64,000 nucleotides of DNA from Eledone cirrhosa (Eukaryota): the NCBI GenBank assembly GCA_964016885.1, contig OZ024743.1:236468001-236532000 (forward strand), given 5' to 3'. A program made the translations under genes and the position numbers. Every line of letters begins with the position of its first letter. Position 1 is the stretch's first letter. Under the pieces are notes generated by a model. The model was given only the letters and a program-made list of their open reading frames with translations, searched no databases and was not told the origin of the DNA. This document shows positions 13,811 to 29,600 of the stretch, one piece after another.

Positions 13811-16800
13811 CCTTCAGTCAATCTCCTATACTACGGGTTGTATGTTCCTTCAGTCAATCTCCTATTATACGGGTTGTATGTTCCTTCAGTCAATCTCCTA
13901 TACTACTGGTTGTATGTTCCTTCAGTCAATCTCCTATACTACGGGTTGTATGTTCCTTCAGTCAATCTCCTATACTACGGGTTGTATGTTCCTTCAGTCA
14001 ATCTCCTATACTACAGGTTGTATGTTCCTTCAGTCAATCTCCTATACTACTGGTTGTATGTTCCTTCAGTCAATCTCCTACACTACAGGTTGTATGTTCC
14101 TTCAGTCAATCTCCTATACTACTGGTTGTATATTCCTTCAGTCAATCTCCTATGCTACAGGTTGTATGTTCCTTCAGTCAATCTCCTATACTACTGGTTG
14201 TATGTTCCTTCAGTCAATCTCCTATACTACGGGTTGTATGTTCCTTCAGTCAATCTCCTATACTACAGGTTGTATGTTCCTTCAGTCAATCCCCTATACT
14301 ACTGGTTGTATATTCCTTCAGTCAATCCCCTATACTACTGGTTGTATATTCCTTCAGTCAATCTCCTATACTACTGGTTGTATGTTCCTTCAGTCAATCT
14401 CCTATACTACAGGTTGTATGTTCCTTCAGTCAATCTCTTATAAAACTGGTTGTATGTTCCTTCAGTCAATCTCCTATACTACTGGTTGTATGTTGCTTCA
14501 GTCAATATCCTATACTACTGGTTGTATGTTCCTTCAGTCAATCTCCTATAATACTGGTTGTATGTTCCTTCAGTCAATCTCCTATACTACTGGTTGTATA
14601 TTCCTTCAGTTAATCTACTATACTACGTGTTGTATATTCCTTCAGTCAATCTCCTATACTACTGGTTGTATATTCCTTCAGTCAATCTCCTATACTACTG
14701 GTTGTATGTTCCTTCAGTTAATCTCCTATACTACAGGTTGTATGTACCTTCAGTCAATCTCCTATACTAAGGGTTGTATGTTCCTTCAGTCAATCTCCTA
14801 TACTACTGGTTGTATGTTCCTTCAGTCAATCTCCTATACTACGGGTTGTATCTACCTTCAGTCAATCTCCTATACTACGGGTTGTATGTTCCTTCAGTCA
14901 ATCTCCTATACTACTGGTTGTATGTTCCTTCAGTCAATCTCCTATACTACAGGTTGTATGTACCTTCAGTCAATCTCCTATACTACGGGTTGTATCTACC
15001 TTCAGTCAATATCCTATACTACGGGTTGTATGTTCCTTCAGTCAATCTCCTATACTACTGGTTGTATGTTCCTTCAGTCAATCTCCTATACTACAGGTTG
15101 TATGTACCTTCAGTCAATCTCCTATACTACGGGTTGTATGTTCCTTCAGTCAATCTCCTATACTACTCGTTGTATGTTCCTTCAGTCAATCTCCTATACT
15201 ACGGGTTGTATGTTCCTTCAGTCAATCTCCTATACTACGGGTTGTATGTTGCTTCAGTCAATCTCCTATACTACGGGTTGTATGTTCCTTCAGTCAATCT
15301 CCTATACTACGGGTTGTATGTTCCTTCAGTCAATCTCCTATACTACGGGTTGTATGTTCCTTCAGTCAATCTCCTATTCTACGGGTTGTATGTTCCTTCA
15401 GTCAATCTCCTATACTACAGGTTGTATGTTCCTTCAGTCAATCTCCTATACTACTGGTTGTATGTTCCTTCAGTCAATCTCCTATACTACTGGTTGTATG
15501 TTCCTTCAGTCAATCTCCTATACTACTGGTTGTATATTCCTTCAGTCAATCTCCTATACTACGGGTTGTATGTTCCTTCAGTCAATCTCCTATACTACTG
15601 GTTGTATGTTCCTTCAGTCAATCTCCTATACTACGGGTTGTATGTACCTTCAGTCAATCTCCTATACTACGGGTTGTATGTTCCTTCAGTCAATCTCCTA
15701 TACTACTGGTTGTATGTTCCTTCAGTCAATCTCCTATACTACGGGTTGTATGTTCCTTCAGTCAATCTCCTATACTACGGGTTGTATGTTCCTTCAGTTA
15801 ATCTCCTATACTACGGGTTGTAAGTTCCTTCAGTCAATCTCCCATACTACGGGTTGTATGTTCCTTCAGTCAATCTCCTATACTACTGGTTGTATGTTCC
15901 TTCAGTCAATCTCCTATACTACGGATTGTATGTTCCTTCAGTCAATCTCCTATACTACTGGTTGTATGTTCCTTCAGTCAATCTCATATACTACTGGTTG
16001 TATGTTCCTTCAATCAATCTCCTATACTACAGGTTGTATGTACCTTCAGTCAATCTCCTATACTACGGGTTGTATGTTCCTTCAGTCAATCTCCTATACT
16101 ACTCGTTGTATGTTCCTTCAGTCAATCTCCTATACTACGGGTTGTATGTTCCTTCAGTCAATCTCCTATACTACGGGTTGTATGTTCCTTCAGTCAATCT
16201 CCTATACTACAGGTTGTATGTTCCTTCAGTCAATCCCCTATACTACTGGTTGTATATTCCTTCAGTCAATCCCCTATACTACTGGTTGTATATTCCTTCA
16301 GTCAATCTCCTATACTACTGGTTGTATGTTCCTTCAGTCAATCTCCTATACTACAGGTTGTATGTTCCTTCAGTCAATCTCTTATAAAACTGGTTGTATG
16401 TTCCTTCAGTAAATCTCCTATACTACTGGTTGTATGTTGCTTCAGTCAATATCCTATACTACTGGTTGTATGTTCCTTCAGTCAATCTCCTATAATACTG
16501 GTTGTATGTTCCTTCAATCAATCTCCTATACTACTGGTTGTATATTCCTTCAGTTAATCTACTATACTACGTGTTGTATATTCCTTCAGTCAATCTCCTA
16601 TACTACTGGTTGTATATTCCTTCAGTCAATCTCCTATACTACTGGTTGTATGTTCCTTCAGTCAATCTCCTATACTACAGGTTGTATGTACCTTCAGTCA
16701 ATCTCCTATACTACTGGTTGTATGTTCCTTCAGTCAATCTCCTATACTACTGGTTGTATGTTCCTTCAGTCAATCTCCTATACTACGGGTTGTATGTACC

Positions 16801-17904
16801 TTCAGTCAATCTCCTATACTACGGGTTGTATGTTCCTTCAGTCAATCTCTTATACTACTGGTTGTATGTTCCTTCAGTCAATCTCCTATACTACAGGTTG
16901 TATGTACCTTCAGTCAATCTCCTATACTACGGGTTGTATGTTCCTTCAGTCAATCTCCTATACTACTGGTTGTATGTTCCTTCAGTCAATCTCCTATACT
17001 ACGGGTTGTATGTTCCTTCAGTCAATCTCCTATACTACGGGTTGTATGTTCCTTCAGTCAATCTCCTATACTACGGGTTGTAAGTTCCTTCAGTCAATCT
17101 CCCATACTACGGGTTGTATGTTCCTTCAGTCAATCTCCTATACTACTGGTTGTATGTTCCTTCAGTCAATCTCCTATACTACGGATTGTATGTTCCTTCA
17201 GTCAATCTCCTATACTACTGGTTGTATGTTCCTTCAGTCAATCTCCTATACTACTGGTTGTATGTTCCTTCAATCAATCTCCTATACTACAGGTTGTATG
17301 TACCTTCAGTCAATCTCCTATACTACGGGTTGTATGTTCCTTCAGTCAATCTCCTATACTACGGGTTGTATGTTCCTTCAGTCAATCTCCTATACTAAAG
17401 GTTGTATGTTCCTTCAGTCAATCCCCTATACTACTGGTTGTATATTCCTTCAGTCAATCCCCTATACTACTGGTTGTATATTCCTTCAGTCAATCTCCTA
17501 TACTACTGGTTGTATGTTCCTTCAGTCAATCTCCTATACTACGGGTTGTATGTTCCTTCAGTCAATCTCCTATACTACGGGTTGTATGTTCCTTCAGTCA
17601 ATCTCCTATACTACGGGTTGTAAGTTCCTTCAGTCAATCTCCCATACTACGGGTTGTATGTTCCTTCAGTCAATCTCCTATACTACTGGTTGTATGTTCC
17701 TTCAGTCAATCTCCTATACTACGGATTGTATGTTCCTTCAGTCAATCTCCTATACTACTGGTTGTATGTTCCTTCAGTCAATCTCCTATACTACTGGTTG
17801 TATGTTCCTTCAATCAATCTCCTATACTACAGGTTGTATGTACCTTCAGTCAATCTCCTATACTACGGGTTGTATGTTCCTTCAGTCAATCTCCTATACT
17901 ACTC

Positions 17905-20900
17905 GTTGTATGTTCCTTCAGTCAATCTCCTATACTACGGGTTGTATGTTCCTTCAGTCAATCTCCTATACTACGGGTTGTATGTTCCTTCAGTCAATCT
18001 CCTATACTACGGGTTGTATGTTCCTTCAGTCAATCTCCTATACTACGGGTTGTATATTCCTTCAGTCAATCTCCTATACTACGGGTTGTATGTTCCTTCA
18101 GTCAATCTCCTATTCTACGGGTTGTATGTTCCTTCAGTCAATCTCCTATACTACAGGTTGTATGTTCCTTCAGGCAATCTCCTATACTACTGGTTGTATG
18201 TTCCTTCAGTCAATCTCCTATACTACTGGTTGTATGTTCCTTCAGTCAATCTCCTATACTACTGGTTGTATATTCCTTCAGTCAATCTCCTATACTACAG
18301 GTTGTATGTTCCTTCAGTCAATCTCCTATACTACTGGTTGTATATTCCTTCAGTCAATCTCCTATACTACGGATTGTATGTTCCTTCAGTCAATCCCCAA
18401 TACTACTGGTTGTATGTTCCTTCAGTCAATCTCCTATACAACTGGTTGTATATTCCTTCAGTCAATCTCCTATACTACTGGTTGTATGTTCCTTCAGTCA
18501 ATCTCCTATACTACGGGTTGTATGTTCCTTCAGTCAATCTCCTATTATACGGGTTGTATGTTCCTTCAGTCAATCTCCTATACTACTGGTTGTATGTTCC
18601 TTCAGTCAATCTCCTATACTACGGGTTGTATGTTCCTTCAGTCAATCTCCTATACTACGGGTTGTATGTTCCTTCAGTCAATCTCCTATACTACAGGTTG
18701 TATGTTCCTTCAGTCAATCTCCTAGACTACTGGTTGTATGTTCCTTCAGTCAATCTCCTATACTACAGGTTGTATGTTCCTTCAGTTAATCTCCTATACT
18801 ACTGGTTGTATATTCCTTCAGTCAATCTCCTATGCTACAGGTTGTATGTTCCTTCAGTCAATCTCCTATACTACTGGTTGTATGTTCCTTCAGTCAATCT
18901 CCTATACTACGGGTTGTATGTTCCTTCAGTCAATCTCCTATACTACAGGTTGTATGTTCCTTCAGTCAATCCCCTATACTACTGGTTGTATATTCCTTCA
19001 GTCAATCCCCTATACTACTGGTTGTATATTCCTTCAGTCAATCTCCTATACTACTGGTTGTATGTTCCTTCAGTCAATCTCCTATACTACAGGTTGTATG
19101 TTCCTTCAGTCAATCTCTTATAAAACTGGTTGTATGTTCCTTCAGTCAATCTCCTATACTACTGGTTGTATGTTGCTTCAGTCAATATCCTATACTACTG
19201 GTTGTATGTTCCTTCAGTCAATCTCCTATAATACTGGTTGTATGTTCCTTCAGTCAATCTCCTATACTACTGGTTGTATATTCCTTCAGTTAATCTACTA
19301 TACTACGTGTTGTATATTCCTTCAGTCAATCTCCTATACTACTGGTTGTATATTCCTTCAGTCAATCTCCTATACTACTGGTTGTATGTTCCTTCAGTTA
19401 ATCTCCTATACTACAGGTTGTATGTACCTTCAGTCAATCTCCTATACTACGGGTTGTATGTTCCTTCAGTCAATCTCCTATACTACTGGTTGTATGTTCC
19501 TTCAGTCAATCTCCTATACTACGGGTTGTATCTACCTTCAGTCAATCTCCTATACTACGGGTTGTATGTTCCTTCAGTCAATCTCCTATACTACTGGTTG
19601 TATGTTCCTTCAGTCAATCTCCTATACTACAGGTTGTATGTACCTTCAGTCAATCTCCTATACTACGGGTTGTATGTTCCTTCAGTCAATCTCCTATACT
19701 ACTGGTTGTATGTTCCTTCAGTCAATCTCCTATACTACGGGTTGTATGTTCCTTCAGTCAATCTCCTATACTACGGGTTGTATGTTCCTTCAGTCAATCT
19801 CCTATACTACGGGTTGTAAGTTCCTTCAGTCAATCTCCCATACTACGGGTTGTATGTTCCTTCAGTCAATCTCCTATACTACTGGTTGTATGTTCCTTCA
19901 GTCAATCTCCTATACTACGGATTGTATGTTCCTTCAGTCAATCTCCTATACTACTGGTTGTATGTTCCTTCAGTCAATCTCATATACTACTGGTTGTATG
20001 TTCCTTCAATCAATCTCCTATACTACAGGTTGTATGTACCTTCAGTCAATCTCCTATACTACGGGTTGTATGTTCCTTCAGTCAATCTCCTATACTACTC
20101 GTTGTATGTTCCTTCAGTCAATCTCCTATACTACGGGTTGTATGTTCCGTCAGTCAATCTCCTATACTACGGGTTGTATGTTCCTTCAGTCAATCTCCTA
20201 TACTACAGGTTGTATGTTCCTTCAGTCAATCCCCTATACTACTGGTTGTATATTCCTTCAGTCAATCCCCTATACTACTGGTTGTATATTCCTTCAGTCA
20301 ATCTCCTATACTACTGGTTGTATGTTCCTTCAGTCAATCTCCTATACTACAGGTTGTATGTTCCTTCAGTCAATCTCTTATAAAACTGGTTGTATGTTCC
20401 TTCAGTAAATCTCCTATACTACTGGTTGTATGTTGCTTCAGTCAATATCCTATACTACTGGTTGTATGTTCCTTCAGTCAATCTCCTATAATACTGGTTG
20501 TATGTTCCTTCAGTCAATCTCCTATACTACTGGTTGTATATTCCTTCAGTTAATCTACTATACTACGTGTTGTATATTCCTTCAGTCAATCTCCTATACT
20601 ACTGGTTGTATATTCCTTCAGTCAATCTCCTATACTACTGGTTGTATGTTCCTTCAGTCAATCTCCTATACTACAGGTTGTATGTTCCTTCAGTCAATCC
20701 CCTATACTACGGGTTGTATGTTCCTTCAGTCAATCTCCTATACTACTCGTTGTATGTTCCTTCAGTCAATCTCCTATACTACTGGTTGTATGTTCCTTCA
20801 GTCAATCTCCTATACTACTGGTTGTATGTTCCTTCAGTCAATCTCCTATACTACGGGTTGTATGTACCTTCAGTCAATCTCCTATACTACGGGTTGTATG

Positions 20901-23900
20901 TTCCTTCAGTCAATCTCTTATACTACTGGTTGTATGTTCCTTCAGTCAATCTCCTATACTACAGGTTGTATGTACCTTCAGTCAATCTCCTATACTACGG
21001 GTTGTATGTTCCTTCAGTCAATCTCCTATACTACTGGTTGTATGTTCCTTCAGTCAATCTCCTATACTACGGGTTGTATGTTCCTTCAGTCAATCTCCTA
21101 TACTACGGGTTGTATGTTCCTTCAGTCAATCTCCTATACTACGGGTTGTAAGTTCCTTCAGTCAATCTCCCATACTACGGGTTGTATGTTCCTTCAGTCA
21201 ATCTCCTATACTACTGGTTGTATGTTCCTTCAGTCAATCTCCTATACTACGGATTGTATGTTCCTTCAGTCAATCTCCTATACTACTGGTTGTATGTTCC
21301 TTCAGTCAATCTCCTATACTACTGGTTGTATGTTCCTTCAATCAATCTCCTATACTACAGGTTGTATGTACCTTCAGTCAATCTCCTATACTACGGGTTG
21401 TATGTTCCTTCAGTCAATCTCCTATACTACTCGTTGTATGTTCCTTCAGTCAATCTCCTATACTACGGGTTGTATGTTCCTTCAGTCAATCTCCTATACT
21501 ACAGGTTGTATGTTCCTTCAGTCAATCTCCTATACTACTGGTTGTATGTTCCTTCAGTCAATCTCCTATACTACTGGTTGTATGTTCCTTCAGTCAATCT
21601 CCTATACTACTGGTTGTATATTCCTTCAGTCAATCTCCTATACTACAGGTTGTATGTTCCTTCAGTCAATCTCCTATACTACTGGTTGTATGTTCCTTCA
21701 GTCAATCTCCTATACTACGGATTGTATGTTCCTTCAGTCAATCCCCAATACTACTGGTTGTATGTTCCTTCAGTCAATCTCCTATACAACTGGTTGTATA
21801 TTCCTTCAGTCAATCTCCTATACTACTGGTTGTATGTTCCTTCAGTCAATCTCCTATACTACGGGTTGTATGTTCCTTCAGTCAATCTCCTATTATACGG
21901 GTTGTATGTTCCTTCAGTCAATCTCCTATACTACTGGTTGTATGTTCCTTCAGTCAATCTCCTATACTACGGGTTGTATGTTCCTTCAGTCAATCTCCTA
22001 TACTACGGGTTGTATGTTCCTTCAGTCAATCTCCTATACTACAGGTTGTATGTTCCTTCAGTCAATCTCCTATACTACTGGTTGTATGTTCCTTCAGTCA
22101 ATCTCCTATACTACAGGTTGTATGTTCCTTCAGTTAATCTCCTATACTACTGGTTGTATATTCCTTCAGTCAATCTCCTATGCTACAGGTTGTATGTTCC
22201 TTCAGTCAATCTCCTATACTACTGGTTGTATGTTCCTTCAGTCAATCTCCTATACTACGGGTTGTATGTTCCTTCAGTCAATCTCCTATACTACGGGTTG
22301 TATGTTCCTTCAGTCAATCTCCTATACTACGGGTTGTATGTTCCTTCAGTCAATCTCCTATACTACGGGTTGTATATTCCTTCAGTCAATCTCCTATACT
22401 ACGGGTTGTATGTTCCTTCAGTCAATCTCCTATTCTACGGGTTGTATGTTCCTTCAGTCAATCTCCTATACTACAGGTTGTATGTTCCTTCAGGCAATCT
22501 CCTATACTACTGGTTGTATGTTCCTTCAGTCAATCTCCTATACTACTGGTTGTATGTTCCTTCAGTCAATCTCCTATACTACTGGTTGTATATTCCTTCA
22601 GTCAATCTCCTATACTACAGGTTGTATGTTCCTTCAGTCAATCTCCTATACTACTGGTTGTATATTCCTTCAGTCAATCTCCTATACTACGGATTGTATG
22701 TTCCTTCAGTCAATCCCCAATACTACTGGTTGTATGTTCCTTCAGTCAATCTCCTATACAACTGGTTGTATATTCCTTCAGTCAATCTCCTATACTACTG
22801 GTTGTATGTTCCTTCAGTCAATCTCCTATACTACGGGTTGTATGTTCCTTCAGTCAATCTCCTATTATACGGGTTGTATGTTCCTTCAGTCAATCTCCTA
22901 TACTACTGGTTGTATGTTCCTTCAGTCAATCTCCTATACTACGGGTTGTATGTTCCTTCAGTCAATCTCCTATACTACGGGTTGTATGTTCCTTCAGTCA
23001 ATCTCCTATACTACAGGTTGTATGTTCCTTCAGTCAATCTCCTAGACTACTGGTTGTATGTTCCTTCAGTCAATCTCCTATACTACAGGTTGTATGTTCC
23101 TTCAGTTAATCTCCTATACTACTGGTTGTATATTCCTTCAGTCAATCTCCTATGCTACAGGTTGTATGTTCCTTCAGTCAATCTCCTATACTACTGGTTG
23201 TATGTTCCTTCAGTCAATCTCCTATACTACGGGTTGTATGTTCCTTCAGTCAATCTCCTATACTACAGGTTGTATGTTCCTTCAGTCAATCCCCTATACT
23301 ACTGGTTGTATATTCCTTCAGTCAATCCCCTATACTACTGGTTGTATATTCCTTCAGTCAATCTCCTATACTACTGGTTGTATGTTCCTTCAGTCAATCT
23401 CCTATACTACAGGTTGTATGTTCCTTCAGTCAATCTCTTATAAAACTGGTTGTATGTTCCTTCAGTCAATCTCCTATACTACTGGTTGTATGTTGCTTCA
23501 GTCAATATCCTATACTACTGGTTGTATGTTCCTTCAGTCAATCTCCTATAATACTGGTTGTATGTTCCTTCAGTCAATCTCCTATACTACTGGTTGTATA
23601 TTCCTTCAGTTAATCTACTATACTACGTGTTGTATATTCCTTCAGTCAATCTCCTATACTACTGGTTGTATATTCCTTCAGTCAATCTCCTATACTACTG
23701 GTTGTATGTTCCTTCAGTTAATCTCCTATACTACAGGTTGTATGTACCTTCAGTCAATCTCCTATACTACGGGTTGTATGTTCCTTCAGTCAATCTCCTA
23801 TACTACTGGTTGTATGTTCCTTCAGTCAATCTCCTATACTACGGGTTGTATCTACCTTCAGTCAATCTCCTATACTACGGGTTGTATGTTCCTTCAGTCA

Positions 23901-26610
23901 ATCTCCTATACTACTGGTTGTATGTTCCTTCAGTCAATCTCCTATACTACAGGTTGTATGTACCTTCAGTCAATCTCCTATACTACGGGTTGTATGTTCC
24001 TTCAGTCAATCTCCTATACTACTGGTTGTATGTTCCTTCAGTCAATCTCCTATACTACGGGTTGTATGTTCCTTCAGTCAATCTCCTATACTACGGGTTG
24101 TATGTTCCTTCAGTCAATCTCCTATACTACGGGTTGTAAGTTCCTTCAGTCAATCTCCCATACTACGGGTTGTATGTTCCTTCAGTCAATCTCCTATACT
24201 ACTGGTTGTATGTTCCTTCAGTCAATCTCCTATACTACGGATTGTATGTTCCTTCAGTCAATCTCCTATACTACTGGTTGTATGTTCCTTCAGTCAATCT
24301 CATATACTACTGGTTGTATGTTCCTTCAATCAATCTCCTATACTACAGGTTGTATGTACCTTCAGTCAATCTCCTATACTACGGGTTGTATGTTCCTTCA
24401 GTCAATCTCCTATACTACTCGTTGTATGTTCCTTCAGTCAATCTCCTATACTACGGGTTGTATGTTCCGTCAGTCAATCTCCTATACTACGGGTTGTATG
24501 TTCCTTCAGTCAATCTCCTATACTACAGGTTGTATGTTCCTTCAGTCAATCCCCTATACTACTGGTTGTATATTCCTTCAGTCAATCCCCTATACTACTG
24601 GTTGTATATTCCTTCAGTCAATCTCCTATACTACTGGTTGTATGTTCCTTCAGTCAATCTCCTATACTACAGGTTGTATGTTCCTTCAGTCAATCTCTTA
24701 TAAAACTGGTTGTATGTTCCTTCAGTAAATCTCCTATACTACTGGTTGTATGTTGCTTCAGTCAATATCCTATACTACTGGTTGTATGTTCCTTCAGTCA
24801 ATCTCCTATAATACTGGTTGTATGTTCCTTCAGTCAATCTCCTATACTACTGGTTGTATATTCCTTCAGTTAATCTACTATACTACGTGTTGTATATTCC
24901 TTCAGTCAATCTCCTATACTACTGGTTGTATATTCCTTCAGTCAATCTCCTATACTACTGGTTGTATGTTCCTTCAGTCAATCTCCTATACTACAGGTTG
25001 TATGTTCCTTCAGTCAATCCCCTATACTACGGGTTGTATGTTCCTTCAGTCAATCTCCTATACTACTCGTTGTATGTTCCTTCAGTCAATCTCCTATACT
25101 ACTGGTTGTATGTTCCTTCAGTCAATCTCCTATACTACTGGTTGTATGTTCCTTCAGTCAATCTCCTATACTACGGGTTGTATGTACCTTCAGTCAATCT
25201 CCTATACTACGGGTTGTATGTTCCTTCAGTCAATCTCTTATACTACTGGTTGTATGTTCCTTCAGTCAATCTCCTATACTACAGGTTGTATGTACCTTCA
25301 GTCAATCTCCTATACTACGGGTTGTATGTTCCTTCAGTCAATCTCCTATACTACTGGTTGTATGTTCCTTCAGTCAATCTCCTATACTACGGGTTGTATG
25401 TTCCTTCAGTCAATCTCCTATACTACGGGTTGTATGTTCCTTCAGTCAATCTCCTATACTACGGGTTGTAAGTTCCTTCAGTCAATCTCCCATACTACGG
25501 GTTGTATGTTCCTTCAGTCAATCTCCTATACTACTGGTTGTATGTTCCTTCAGTCAATCTCCTATACTACGGATTGTATGTTCCTTCAGTCAATCTCCTA
25601 TACTACTGGTTGTATGTTCCTTCAGTCAATCTCCTATACTACTGGTTGTATGTTCCTTCAATCAATCTCCTATACTACAGGTTGTATGTACCTTCAGTCA
25701 ATCTCCTATACTACGGGTTGTATGTTCCTTCAGTCAATCTCCTATACTACTCGTTGTATGTTCCTTCAGTCAATCTCCTATACTACGGGTTGTATGTTCC
25801 TTCAGTCAATCTCCTATACTACAGGTTGTATGTTCCTTCAGTCAATCTCCTATACTACTGGTTGTATGTTCCTTCAGTCAATCTCCTATACTACTGGTTG
25901 TATGTTCCTTCAGTCAATCTCCTATACTACTGGTTGTATATTCCTTCAGTCAATCTCCTATACTACAGGTTGTATGTTCCTTCAGTCAATCTCCTATACT
26001 ACTGGTTGTATGTTCCTTCAGTCAATCTCCTATACTACGGATTGTATGTTCCTTCAGTCAATCCCCAATACTACTGGTTGTATGTTCCTTCAGTCAATCT
26101 CCTATACAACTGGTTGTATATTCCTTCAGTCAATCTCCTATACTACTGGTTGTATGTTCCTTCAGTCAATCTCCTATACTACGGGTTGTATGTTCCTTCA
26201 GTCAATCTCCTATTATACGGGTTGTATGTTCCTTCAGTCAATCTCCTATACTACTGGTTGTATGTTCCTTCAGTCAATCTCCTATACTACGGGTTGTATG
26301 TTCCTTCAGTCAATCTCCTATACTACGGGTTGTATGTTCCTTCAGTCAATCTCCTATACTACAGGTTGTATGTTCCTTCAGTCAATCTCCTATACTACTG
26401 GTTGTATGTTCCTTCAGTCAATCTCCTATACTACAGGTTGTATGTTCCTTCAGTTAATCTCCTATACTACTGGTTGTATATTCCTTCAGTCAATCTCCTA
26501 TGCTACAGGTTGTATGTTCCTTCAGTCAATCTCCTATACTACTGGTTGTATGTTCCTTCAGTCAATCTCCTATACTACGGGTTGTATGTTCCTTCAGTCA
26601 ATCTCCTATA
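17905..26610. repeat. Tandem duplication of a 4320-bp block (120 monomers)
   Basis: Private variants recur at +4320: CAGGCAAT at 18171 and 22491, CCTAGAC (TAG at 18725 and 23045), TTCCGTCAG at about 20145 and 24465, TAA at 20408 and 24728. ORFs 18738..20408 and 23058..24728 are identical. Confidence 0.93.
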
Positions 26611-29600
26611 CTACAGGTTGTATGTTCCTTCAGTCAATCCCCTATACTACTGGTTGTATATTCCTTCAGTCAATCCCCTATACTACTGGTTGTATATTCC
26701 TTCAGTCAATCTCCTATACTACTGGTTGTATGTTCCTTCAGTCAATCTCCTATACTACAGGTTGTATGTTCCTTCAGTCAATCTCTTATAAAACTGGTTG
26801 TATGTTCCTTCAGTCAATCTCCTATACTACTGGTTGTATGTTGCTTCAGTCAATATCCTATACTACTGGTTGTATGTTCCTTCAGTCAATCTCCTATAAT
26901 ACTGGTTGTATGTTCCTTCAGTCAATCTCCTATACTACTGGTTGTATATTCCTTCAGTTAATCTACTATACTACGTGTTGTATATTCCTTCAGTCAATCT
27001 CCTATACTACTGGTTGTATATTCCTTCAGTCAATCTCCTATACTACTGGTTGTATGTTCCTTCAGTTAATCTCCTATACTACAGGTTGTATGTACCTTCA
27101 GTCAATCTCCTATACTACGGGTTGTATGTTCCTTCAGTCAATCTCCTATACTACTGGTTGTATGTTCCTTCAGTCAATCTCCTATACTACGGGTTGTATC
27201 TACCTTCAGTCAATCTCCTATACTACGGGTTGTATGTTCCTTCAGTCAATCTCCTATACTACTGGTTGTATGTTCCTTCAGTCAATCTCCTATACTACAG
27301 GTTGTATGTACCTTCAGTCAATCTCCTATACTACGGGTTGTATGTTCCTTCAGTCAATCTCCTATACTACTGGTTGTATGTTCCTTCAGTCAATCTCCTA
27401 TACTACGGGTTGTATGTTCCTTCAGTCAATCTCCTATACTACGGGTTGTATGTTCCTTCAGTCAATCTCCTATACTACGGGTTGTAAGTTCCTTCAGTCA
27501 ATCTCCCATACTACGGGTTGTATGTTCCTTCAGTCAATCTCCTATACTACTGGTTGTATGTTCCTTCAGTCAATCTCCTATACTACGGATTGTATGTTCC
27601 TTCAGTCAATCTCCTATACTACTGGTTGTATGTTCCTTCAGTCAATCTCATATACTACTGGTTGTATGTTCCTTCAATCAATCTCCTATACTACAGGTTG
27701 TATGTACCTTCAGTCAATCTCCTATACTACGGGTTGTATGTTCCTTCAGTCAATCTCCTATACTATTCGTTGTATGTTCCTTCAGTCAATCTCCTATACT
27801 ACGGGTTGTATGTTCCTTCAGTCAATCTCCTATACTACGGGTTGTATGTTCCTTCAGTCAATCTCCTATACTACAGGTTGTATGTTCCTTCAGTCAATCC
27901 CCTATACTACTGGTTGTATATTCCTTCAGTCAATCCCCTATACTACTGGTTGTATATTCCTTCAGTCAATCTCCTATACTACTGGTTGTATGTTCCTTCA
28001 GTCAATCTCCTATACTACAGGTTGTATGTTCCTTCAGTCAATCTCTTATAAAACTGGTTGTATGTTCCTTCAGTAAATCTCCTATACTACTGGTTGTATG
28101 TTGCTTCAGTCAATATCCTATACTACTGGTTGTATGTTCCTTCAGTCAATCTCCTATAATACTGGTTGTATGTTCCTTCAGTCAATCTCCTATACTACTG
28201 GTTGTATATTCCTTCAGTTAATCTACTATACTACGTGTTGTATATTCCTTCAGTCAATCTCCTATACTACTGGTTGTATATTCCTTCAGTCAATCTCCTA
28301 TACTACTGGTTGTATGTTCCTTCAGTCAATCTCCTATACTACAGGTTGTATGTACCTTCAGTCAATCTCCTATACTACTGGTTGTATGTTCCTTCAGTCA
28401 ATCTCCTATACTACTGGTTGTATGTTCCTTCAGTCAATCTCCTATACTACGGGTTGTATGTACCTTCAGTCAATCTCCTATACTACGGGTTGTATGTTCC
28501 TTCAGTCAATCTCTTATACTACTGGTTGTATGTTCCTTCAGTCAATCTCCTATACTACAGGTTGTATGTACCTTCAGTCAATCTCCTATACTACGGGTTG
28601 TATGTTCCTTCAGTCAATCTCCTATACTACTGGTTGTATGTTCCTTCAGTCAATCTCCTATACTACGGGTTGTATGTTCCTTCAGTCAATCTCCTATACT
28701 ACGGGTTGTATGTTCCTTCAGTCAATCTCCTATACTACGGGTTGTAAGTTCCTTCAGTCAATCTCCCATACTACGGGTTGTATGTTCCTTCAGTCAATCT
28801 CCTATACTACTGGTTGTATGTTCCTTCAGTCAATCTCCTATACTACGGATTGTATGTTCCTTCAGTCAATCTCCTATACTACTGGTTGTATGTTCCTTCA
28901 GTCAATCTCCTATACTACTGGTTGTATGTTCCTTCAATCAATCTCCTATACTACAGGTTGTATGTACCTTCAGTCAATCTCCTATACTACGGGTTGTATG
29001 TTCCTTCAGTCAATCTCCTATACTACTCGTTGTATGTTCCTTCAGTCAATCTCCTATACTACGGGTTGTATGTTCCTTCAGTCAATCTCCTATACTACGG
29101 GTTGTATGTTCCTTCAGTCAATCTCCTATACTACGGGTTGTATATTCCTTCAGTCAATCTCCTATACTACGGGTTGTATGTTCCTTCAGTCAATCTCCTA
29201 TACTACGGGTTGTATGTTCCTTCAGTCAATCTCCTATTCTACGGGTTGTATGTTCCTTCAGTCAATCTCCTATACTACAGGTTGTATGTTCCTTCAGTCA
29301 ATCTCCTATACTACTGGTTGTATGTTCCTTCAGTCAATCTCCTATACTACTGGTTGTATGTTCCTTCAGTCAATCTCCTATACTACTGGTTGTATATTCC
29401 TTCAGTCAATCTCCTATACTACAGGTTGTATGTTCCTTCAGTCAATCTCCTATACTACTGGTTGTATGCTCCTTCAGTCAATCTCCTATACTACGGATTG
29501 TATGTTCCTTCAGTCAATCCCCAATACTACTGGTTGTATGTTCCTTCAGTCAATCTCCTATACAACTGGTTGTATATTCCTTCAGTCAATCTCCTATACT

